From Candidatus Saccharimonadota bacterium (GTDB lineage: Bacteria > Patescibacteriota > Saccharimonadia > Saccharimonadales > Saccharimonadaceae): a DNA stretch of 32,000 nucleotides. Below the pieces are notes generated by a model. The model was not told where the DNA came from. It ran no database searches and was given only the letters and a program-made list of their open reading frames with translations. This document shows positions 25,643 through 31,587 of the stretch, piece after piece. The stretch's first letter is position 1. Each line of letters opens with the position of its first letter. The translations under genes were made by a program, and so were the position numbers. The stretch spans positions 360,001-392,000 of the forward strand of contig DIRZ01000002.1 in NCBI GenBank assembly GCA_002421785.1, written 5' to 3'.

Positions 25643-25661
25643 CAATGATAAAGGAGATAAT

Positions 25662-26297
25662 ATGTTTGAATTAGAGTATAAAGGTGGCAATGGTGTTATT
25701 CTTGCCAGTAAAAAAACGACAATCGTTGTTGATCCAAAGCTTTCACTTGTTGGGCTGAAGGACATAAGGACAAAGGATGAAATCGAACTTGCAACCGAAT
25801 CAAGGTTTAGAGTCGAGAACTCTGACGCGCGTATTATCATTGATAGTCCAGGTGAGTATGAAGTGGGAGATTTCACCATTCGAGCAGCCGCAGCAACGCG
25901 CCATATAGACACACTCGATCAAGAAAAGCTATCCACAATCTATCGTCTTGAATGCGGAGATATCCGTATCGGCATCATCGGCAACATAGATTCCAAGCTT
26001 ACCGATGAGCAGCTTGAAGCGCTTGGTGTGCTTGATGTGCTTGTTATACCAGTCGGCGGGGGTGGGTACACGCTTGATGCGACAAGTGCAAGTAGCCTTG
26101 TGCGACAGATTGAGCCAAAGGTTGTTGTTCCCGTCCACTATGCAGATACCGGTTTACGGTATGAAGTGCCACAAGATTCACTCGAGGTATTTATAAAAGA
26201 ACTTGGGGTCCCTGTAGAGCAAGTTTCGAAATTAAAGATTAAGTCTAGTGCTGCGCTGCCTGCAGTGTTGACTGTTGTCGAAGTGGCGCGTAGCTAA
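25662..26297 (+). CDS. MBL-fold (COG2220-like) protein lacking the His metal-binding motif
   Basis: TTIVVDP...DVLVIPVGGGGYTLDATSASSLVRQIEPKVVVPVHY follows the family layout, but the position expected for HxHxDH reads ATESRFRVENSDA. RBS AAAGGAG. Confidence 0.5.
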   Translation: MFELEYKGGNGVILASKKTTIVVDPKLSLVGLKDIRTKDEIELATESRFRVENSDARIIIDSPGEYEVGDFTIRAAAATRHIDTLDQEKLSTIYRLECGDIRIGIIGNIDSKLTDEQLEALGVLDVLVIPVGGGGYTLDATSASSLVRQIEPKVVVPVHYADTGLRYEVPQDSLEVFIKELGVPVEQVSKLKIKSSAALPAVLTVVEVARS

Positions 26298-26311
26298 GCC
26301 CCCTAATACGG

Positions 26312-26347
26312 CAAACAAAAAACACCCTGTAGGGTGTTTTTTGTTTG
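26312..26347. terminator. bidirectional intrinsic terminator between convergent genes
   Basis: Perfect 16-bp stem CAAACAAAAAACACCC / GGGTGTTTTTTGTTTG. The A-tract and U-tract arms give a U-tail in both orientations. Confidence 0.8.
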
Positions 26348-26353
26348 GATAGG

Positions 26354-26557
26354 CTACTTGGCCGTAGCGAGAATGCCCTTTTTCTTTAGCGTACGAATTG
26401 CCTGAGTCGAGAGGGTCATCGTGACTTTCTGGCCGTCAACTACAAACGTTTTCTTTTGTAGGTTAGGTTTGAAGACGCGTTTTGTGCGACGCAAAGAGAA
26501 GCTGACATTGTGGCCAAATTGTTTGCCTTTACCGGTGAGTTCACAGCGTGCTGCCAT
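26354..26557 (-). CDS. rpmB: 50S ribosomal protein L28
   Basis: MAARCELTGKGKQFGHNVSFSLRRTKRVFKPNLQKK. Start is placed at ATG 26557, not the upstream 26572. Confidence 0.9.
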   Translation of the reverse strand: MAARCELTGKGKQFGHNVSFSLRRTKRVFKPNLQKKTFVVDGQKVTMTLSTQAIRTLKKKGILATAK

Positions 26558-26594
26558 AATTATTACTTCCACTTACTATTTAACAATCTGTTCT

Positions 26595-26623
26595 AGTATA
26601 CGCTAGAAGGGGTCATCAGTCAA
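26595..26623 (-). promoter_or_regulatory. putative rpmB promoter (TTGACT-17-TATACT)
   Basis: On the minus strand: TTGACT (26623-26618), 17 nt spacer, TATACT (26600-26595). Confidence 0.55.
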
Positions 26624-26632
26624 GGGTAAGCG

Positions 26633-26641
26633 TGGTATAAT
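26633..26641 (+). promoter_or_regulatory. extended -10 element (TGgTATAAT) 7 nt upstream of ATG 26649
   Basis: TG-n-TATAAT, no SD, ATG exactly 7 nt after the hexamer. Confidence 0.55.
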
Positions 26642-26648
26642 ACACTGC

Positions 26649-27299
26649 ATGGACATAGGGTATATTCTCACTGTTATTGCTGTTATTTTTGTCTCGATGA
26701 CATTTCATGAACTGATGCATGGACTGGTTGCTAATTGGCTTGGTGATGATACGGCACGGCTATTGGGACGGCTAACGCTTAACCCGCTAAAACATGTTGA
26801 TCCCTTTTTGACAGTACTGCTCCCGTTGTTTATTGTTGTGACCAATATGCTAACGGGAGCAAATGCGCCGGTGTTTGGAGGCGCCAAGCCAGTACCGTTT
26901 AATCCCGCGCGTATTAAGTATGACGAATGGGGGGTTGCCTTGATGGCACTTGCCGGACCGCTGACAAATTTCGTGCTCGCATTTATTAGTTTTGGTTGCT
27001 ATGTTAGTGTTGGTGGCGACCCCACGACGATCGCGGGGCAAGTGTTTAGCATAAGTACGGCCGTAAACCTTGGGTTTTTCGCCTTCAATATACTTCCGAT
27101 ACCTCCTCTAGACGGCTCGCGAGTTATTTATGCACTTGCACCCGATTTTGTGCGAAGAGGTATGGACGCGGTTGAACGATATGGTATTATGCTCGTACTA
27201 GTTATCGTGCTGGTAGCGAGCCCGCTTCTCGATAGCTATATGCGCGCTGTCATCTCTATTATTCTTGAGGTGTTCGCGCGTATTTTTGGTGTTGCATAG
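26649..27299 (+). CDS. site-2 protease family (M50) zinc metalloprotease
   Basis: HELMHG (HExxH) inside a TM helix, FNILPIPPLDGSRV (NxxPxxxLDG), polytopic membrane protein. Confidence 0.85.
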   Translation: MDIGYILTVIAVIFVSMTFHELMHGLVANWLGDDTARLLGRLTLNPLKHVDPFLTVLLPLFIVVTNMLTGANAPVFGGAKPVPFNPARIKYDEWGVALMALAGPLTNFVLAFISFGCYVSVGGDPTTIAGQVFSISTAVNLGFFAFNILPIPPLDGSRVIYALAPDFVRRGMDAVERYGIMLVLVIVLVASPLLDSYMRAVISIILEVFARIFGVA

Positions 27300-27324
27300 C
27301 TATAAAAGGGAGTATAATAGAGAT

Positions 27325-27467
27325 AGTCCCAGAGCAATCTAGGCGTGATGATTTTCCTAACATCATTGACAAGGGATTTCAATATTTATCACTCCTGTGG
27401 GGGTGATGTGAGAGAACCCACTCTGCATTTATGCGGGGAATGTCAAGCGCTGACGATTTCTGGGACT
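27325..27467 (+). ncRNA. candidate structured small RNA / tRNA-Pro precursor leader (family unknown)
   Basis: Own promoter TTGCAT-15-TATAAT (27292-27318). The predicted 5' end AGUCCCAGA (27325-27333) pairs perfectly with UCUGGGACU (27459-27467), enclosing several internal hairpins. No ORF. Ends 10 nt before tRNA-Pro. Confidence 0.4.
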
Positions 27468-27477
27468 TTCATGTTAA

Positions 27478-27553
27478 CGGGATGTGGCGCAGTTGGTAGC
27501 GCGCACGGCTGGGGGCCGTGAGGCCGCAAGTTCAAGTCTTGTCATCCCGACCA
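27478..27553 (+). tRNA. tRNA-Pro (anticodon GGG), CCA encoded
   Basis: CGGGATG-TG-GCGC-AGTTGGTA-GCGC-G-CACGG-CTGGGGG-CCGTG-AGGCC-GCAAG-TTCAAGT-CTTGT-CATCCCG-A-CCA. Confidence 0.9.
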
Positions 27554-27651
27554 GATTCGCTCCTCTATGCTTAACGCCTCGCTCTTAACCATTATGTCCT
27601 GCTTTGCTATTTCAGTGTGGGCGAGCGGAGGAGATACGCTATAATAATTAA

Positions 27652-28001
27652 GGCAGTATGTTGAGTAATCGCCTGCCTCTTGTAGGCAGGAGGAAAGTCC
27701 GGGCAGCACAGGATACGACAGTTGCTAACGGCAACCGGGGGCGACCCTAGGGAAAGTGCCACAGAAACGATACCGCCACTATGTGTCGAAAGGCGCGCAG
27801 GGGTAAGGGTGAAAGGAGTGAGGTAAGAGCTCACAGTCGACCATGGTGACATGGGAGAGAGGTAAACCCTGTCGGCTGCAAGGGATTGACGCATTAAGAG
27901 CGATCCGTTCGCGTCGGTCAATATCCGCTTGAACTATGCAGCAATGTATAGTCTAGATAGATGATTACTCTCGACAGAACCCGGCTTACAGACTTACTGC
28001 C
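27652..28001 (+). ncRNA. rnpB: RNase P RNA, bacterial type A
   Basis: GGAGGAAAGTCCGGGC, GGGTAAGGGTGAAAGG..GGTAAGAGC, and ACAGAACCCGGCTTA near the 3' end. P1 GGCAGTA/TACTGCC and P2 GAGTAATC/GATTACTC close the molecule. TATAAT at 27640-27645. Confidence 0.92.
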
Positions 28002-28043
28002 AATAAAATACCCCGCGTTAGCGGGGTATTTTATTGGCAGTAA
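27994..28043. terminator. 23-bp perfect palindrome, bidirectional terminator shared by rnpB and rplT
   Basis: TTACTGCCAATAAAATACCCCGC-GTTA-GCGGGGTATTTTATTGGCAGTAA. GC core flanked by A/U tracts. Confidence 0.75.
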
Positions 28044-28050
28044 CGTATGG

Positions 28051-28395
28051 CTACTTTGTCACGTTTTTTACGACAGCCGTAAATGCCTTAGGGTCATTGA
28101 CTGCTAGCTCAGCTAGTACCTTACGGTCAAGCTCGACGCCTGCTGCCTTAAGGTTAGCGATTAGCTTGCCGTAGGTTGTGCCGTTTTCGCGCGCAGCTGC
28201 GTTGATGCGAGTGATCCAAAGACCACGTAGGTCACGGCGACGATTACGTCGGTCGCGATATGCATATTGGAGTGCTCGAACAACCGCTTGCTTAGCAAGA
28301 CGGAAGCTGCGAGTGCGGTTGTGTTGCATGCCTTTAGCGGCTTTAAGCACCTTATTGTGGCGTGCTCGTGCGGGGACACCTCGTTTTACTCGCAT
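28051..28395 (-). CDS. rplT: 50S ribosomal protein L20
   Basis: [22 protein letters not shown]...[10 protein letters not shown]. Confidence 0.95.
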   Translation of the reverse strand: MRVKRGVPARARHNKVLKAAKGMQHNRTRSFRLAKQAVVRALQYAYRDRRNRRRDLRGLWITRINAAARENGTTYGKLIANLKAAGVELDRKVLAELAVNDPKAFTAVVKNVTK

Positions 28396-28397
28396 AA

Positions 28398-28592
28398 TTA
28401 AACTCCTAGCGCTCGTCGGACGTTTTTAGCCATGCTACCAGTAACGATAGCAGGGGTGTTAATATTTCGTTTGCGGCTCTTGCTCTTCTTTGAAAGCATG
28501 TGATTGCCGAACGCGCGTCGGCGCGTGAGTTTGCCGGTACTGGTTAGCTTAATGCGCTTAGCAGTGCCCTTATGGGTCTTCATTTTTGGCAT
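28398..28592 (-). CDS. rpmI: 50S ribosomal protein L35
   Basis: [32 protein letters not shown] overlap with the infC stop. Confidence 0.93.
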   Translation of the reverse strand: MPKMKTHKGTAKRIKLTSTGKLTRRRAFGNHMLSKKSKSRKRNINTPAIVTGSMAKNVRRALGV

Positions 28593-29098
28593 TACTTACT
28601 CCTTATTACGATGCTCAGGTTGCGACCTGCCATCATTGGTTTCTGTTCGAGAACGGCTTCGTTTTCGAGTAGTGAAACGACGCGATCGATTAGTACGTAC
28701 CCAAGTTCCTTGTGTGCCATCTCTCGGCCGCGATAAAAGATGAGAATCTTTACCTTGTGGCCTTCGGACAAGAACTCACGGATCTTGCGAAGCTTAATCT
28801 CTAGGTCGTTAGCGCCAATCTTTAGACCGAATCGCATCTGCTTTAGTTCGGTCGCTTTATTAGAGCGACGGTTCTTTTGCATTTCTTTAATTTTTTGGTA
28901 CTGGTACTTGCCCCAGTCGACGACTTTAGCTACAGGTGGGTCGGCATTTGGTGATATCTCTACCAAATCTACTCCGGCCTCTTCAGCTACCTTGAGCGCC
29001 TCTTGTCTCGACATGATACCAAGCTGCTCACCACTTGTACCAATGACACGAAGTTCCTTCGCGCGGATGCCTTCGTTAATGCGAATTGATGTATTGAT
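28592..29098 (-). CDS. infC: translation initiation factor IF-3, non-AUG (ATC) start
   Basis: The frame is open 28 codons upstream of the ORF-track ATG and encodes INTSIRINEGIRAKELRVIGTSGEQLGI, a conserved IF-3 N-terminus. An in-frame TAA lies just upstream. AGGAGAG sits 5 nt before the ATC at 29098-29096. Confidence 0.85.
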   Translation of the reverse strand: MNTSIRINEGIRAKELRVIGTSGEQLGIMSRQEALKVAEEAGVDLVEISPNADPPVAKVVDWGKYQYQKIKEMQKNRRSNKATELKQMRFGLKIGANDLEIKLRKIREFLSEGHKVKILIFYRGREMAHKELGYVLIDRVVSLLENEAVLEQKPMMAGRNLSIVIRSK

Positions 29099-29149
29099 CG
29101 CTACTCTCCTTTACTCGAGTGCTTAAAAGCGTTTATCTCGTCAATTATT

Positions 29150-29170
29150 CTAACAGATTAGCTAACAGAT
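29150..29170. repeat. tandem 9-nt direct repeat CTAACAGAT-TAG-CTAACAGAT
   Basis: Exact copies at 29150-29158 and 29162-29170, between the comM stop and infC. On the minus strand the proximal copy forms TGtTAGAAT, an extended -10-like element. Confidence 0.6.
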
Positions 29171-29171
29171 A

Positions 29172-30692
29172 TCAAGAGGTGTGGCGGTATTGAAGCGCTT
29201 CGGCGAGGTGCTGGACTGTTACCTGGGGAGCGTTATCGATATCTGCAATTGTTTGGGCTACCTTGAGGACTTTAAAGTAACTACGAGGGCTTAAGCCTAG
29301 CTTATCTGCGGCGGTAGTAAGCATAGCGCGCACGTCTGGCGTCAGGTGGATGTGCTTTTTTACGTCGCTACTGGTTAAAGAACTGTTGTATTTGTTACTG
29401 CTTTCGTATCTGTTAAATTGTTTATGCATAGCATTAACAATAGCGGTTTTCGCCGATATATGTTGTTTTGAAGACATCGATGACTGCGTGAGTAGTTGAT
29501 CATTAGGTATGCGCGTTACGGTCACCGACATGTCGATGCGATCGAGGAGAGGCCCCGAGAGTTTGCGTTGATAGTTGAGGATTTGCATCGTGCTGCAGGT
29601 GCATTCGTGTGTTTGGTCTCCATAATATCCGCAAGGACAAGGATTCATCGTGGCCACGAGCATGAAGTTGGCGGGGTAGACGGCGCGTCCATTCGCTCTT
29701 GTCACGGCGATTGTTTTATCCTCCAGGGGCTGTCGCAGCGCTTCGAGTACCGATCGTGGGTACTCAGGTATTTCATCCAGAAAGAGCACTCCTTGATGGG
29801 CCAGGCTTACTTCACCTGGACGTGGGCGAGTTCCACCGCCTATCAGCGAAATTTGGCTTGATGTGTGGTGAGGAGCACGAAAGGGTCGACCAGTGACAAT
29901 ACCATCAGTTAGTAAGGCCGCGAGGCTATGTATCTTGGTTACTTCGAGCGTTTCCGACGGCGTCAGCTCAGGAAGGAGTGCCGCAAGTGTTTTCGCCAGC
30001 ATAGTCTTGCCGGCGCCGGGTGGCCCTGTAAACAGGATGTTGTGATGGCCTGCGGCGGCGATAATTAAGGCTCGTTTTGCCTGCTCTTGGCCATAGATGT
30101 CGTCTAATGTACTGTTATGCTCTAATTTTCTACCGCCCGGTCGGTGGTTGCTCCGAATCGCGGGCTCAATCAGAGATTCTTTTTTTAGGTGAAGGAAAAG
30201 TTTTGAAAGATGATCCACTCCAATGACCGTTATGCCATCTACTAAGAGGGCTTGTGCAACGTTATCAGTAGGGAGATAAACTGTAGAGTAGCCTTCGCGT
30301 CGTGCGGTCTCTGCCACGCTAATTGCGCCGCTGATTGGCCGTAGCCGCCCGTCTAGGGCGAGTTCACCTGCAAAGACAGCATTTGCTACGTCCTGAGGCC
30401 GTAATTGGCCGCTACTCGCTAAAATAGCCAGTGCGATTGGTAGGTCGTACGATGTACCGTCCTTGGGCAGCTCTGCTGGCGCAAGATTGACGGTGATTTT
30501 TTTGGCAGGGTACTCAAGCAGGGAATTGCATATCGCGCTTTTTACTCGCTCTTTCGCTTCGTCGATGGCCTTATTGCCGAGGCCAACGATTTGCAGCCCT
30601 GGCAGTCCTTTTGTCATATCGCTCTCTACTTCAACGATATGGCCATCGAATCCAACAGGCGCAACAGACATAATGCGTGAGACAGTTCCCAT
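29172..30692 (-). CDS. comM: YifB/ComM family Mg-chelatase-like AAA+ ATPase
   Basis: N-terminal Lon/ChlI-like domain, Walker A GPPGAGKT, Walker B VLFLDEIPE, Cys cluster CPCGYYGD..HECTC. The start could instead be the ATG at 30671. Confidence 0.9.
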   Translation of the reverse strand: MGTVSRIMSVAPVGFDGHIVEVESDMTKGLPGLQIVGLGNKAIDEAKERVKSAICNSLLEYPAKKITVNLAPAELPKDGTSYDLPIALAILASSGQLRPQDVANAVFAGELALDGRLRPISGAISVAETARREGYSTVYLPTDNVAQALLVDGITVIGVDHLSKLFLHLKKESLIEPAIRSNHRPGGRKLEHNSTLDDIYGQEQAKRALIIAAAGHHNILFTGPPGAGKTMLAKTLAALLPELTPSETLEVTKIHSLAALLTDGIVTGRPFRAPHHTSSQISLIGGGTRPRPGEVSLAHQGVLFLDEIPEYPRSVLEALRQPLEDKTIAVTRANGRAVYPANFMLVATMNPCPCGYYGDQTHECTCSTMQILNYQRKLSGPLLDRIDMSVTVTRIPNDQLLTQSSMSSKQHISAKTAIVNAMHKQFNRYESSNKYNSSLTSSDVKKHIHLTPDVRAMLTTAADKLGLSPRSYFKVLKVAQTIADIDNAPQVTVQHLAEALQYRHTS

Positions 30693-30757
30693 AGTGTCAG
30701 TAGTTAACCACAGCTGGTGTGTATCTGTAAACTCTGATATAATAGGCTCGTAAGTAT

Positions 30758-31143
30758 GGGGCTGACTTCAGCTTTCGACATTGGGACTTTAACAGACTGC
30801 ACCCGCACACCGACCTCTGACGTAATCAGAATCAATAGTTGCAAACACATTTGCACAGCGAGTGAAGAGCTTTTTCCAAGTTCCTTCATTCGCGCCAGCT
30901 CTGGTTTAATCACCAAGCCGTACGAACCTAGATTTCTACTATAGGTGCGTGCGTCATATTTCGTAGAATCGCCAACAATCGCTATCGGGACGATCACTGG
31001 TTAAACGTTATCTCGACCCATTCCGCTGTATGTTTGTCATATTTTGAGCAGTAGGGATGGCTAAACCCATGAATATGACTATGTGTGTAGACGGACAGTA
31101 GGTTTCCTAATGGACCCGGGGGCAGTGCCCGGCAGCTCCACCA
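30758..31143 (+). ncRNA. ssrA: tmRNA (SsrA)
   Basis: 5' GGGGCTGACTTCAGCTTTCGAC. 3' T-arm CCGGG-GGCAGTG-CCCGG plus CAGCTCC-ACCA. Acceptor stem has a G3-U pair. Resume context AATAGTT-GCA-AAC. Tag ORF 30841-30906 with TAA stop. Extended -10 TGaTATAAT at 30735-30743. Confidence 0.92.
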
Positions 31144-31180
31144 TCAAAAATACCCGACAGTCATGTCGGGTATTTTTGAT
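31143..31180 (+). terminator. intrinsic terminator immediately after ssrA
   Basis: Perfect 17-bp stem ATCAAAAATACCCGACA / TGTCGGGTATTTTTGAT, loop GTCA. Confidence 0.8.
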
Positions 31181-31219
31181 GTACTGAAATCTTAGCGAAT
31201 GAAGGGAATGGGCCCATAA

Positions 31220-31252
31220 AAAAACAACCACCTGCGAGTAGTGGTTGTTTTT
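31220..31252. terminator. second terminator-like hairpin with no obvious cognate gene
   Basis: Perfect 12-bp stem AAAAACAACCAC / GTGGTTGTTTTT with a 9-nt loop. Confidence 0.5.
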
Positions 31253-31587
31253 ATGTGGAGTTTTTTCGAATGATTTTTATTTTTGGTCTTGCACAATTTA
31301 TTTGCTCAAGACTACCCCTATAATATGATGCCAAACTGCTAATGTCAATAACATTTTACTAAAATCAATGCGTAAAAAATACTACACGTTTACAGTTCAT
31401 TTTGGTAAAAAAATGTTTCCAGGCTGCGGATTGGCAAATAACTAGAAGGCTCGTGTATCCTTTTGCGTCTAGCGCGGCCAATAGTTGTGTCTTGCGAAGT
31501 AAATGAGTGATGTCGTTTGTGATGAAGGCCTCGCCCGATCGATGCCAGCTACAGACAAGTAGCTCCTATTTTGGTATAAGGTAGAGT

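Noticed and set aside
27325-27467. Identifying the structured RNA upstream of tRNA-Pro as SRP (4.5S) RNA or 6S RNA
   Set aside because: It lacks the conserved domain IV loop motifs of SRP RNA. It looks multi-branched rather than the long interrupted rod with a central bubble expected of 6S. I kept it only as an unclassified candidate.
27607-27921. 104-aa minus-strand ORF from the six-frame track
   Set aside because: It lies entirely inside the RNase P RNA gene, whose conserved GGAGGAAAGTCCGGGC core is on the + strand. It has no SD or promoter. It is an artefact of GC-rich structured RNA.
28740-29126. 128-aa plus-strand ORF, and the Arg-rich 83-aa ORF at 28178-28429
   Set aside because: They are antisense to infC and rplT, which are unambiguous ribosomal or translation genes. 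They are mirror-frame artefacts.
30704-30997. 97-aa minus-strand ORF and 62-aa plus-strand ORF (30756-30944)
   Set aside because: Both overlap the tmRNA gene. The + ORF starts 2 nt before the tmRNA 5' end, and only the internal 22-codon tag frame is biologically meaningful.
31190-31400. Mini-ORFs in the AT-rich spacer: MGPFPSFA on the minus strand near 31192-31218, an 18-aa hydrophobic MLLTLAVWHHIIGVVLSK on the minus strand, and a 25-aa + strand ORF at about 31368
   Set aside because: None has an SD, the leaderless -10 geometry, or any other support. In AT-rich sequence such short frames are expected by chance.
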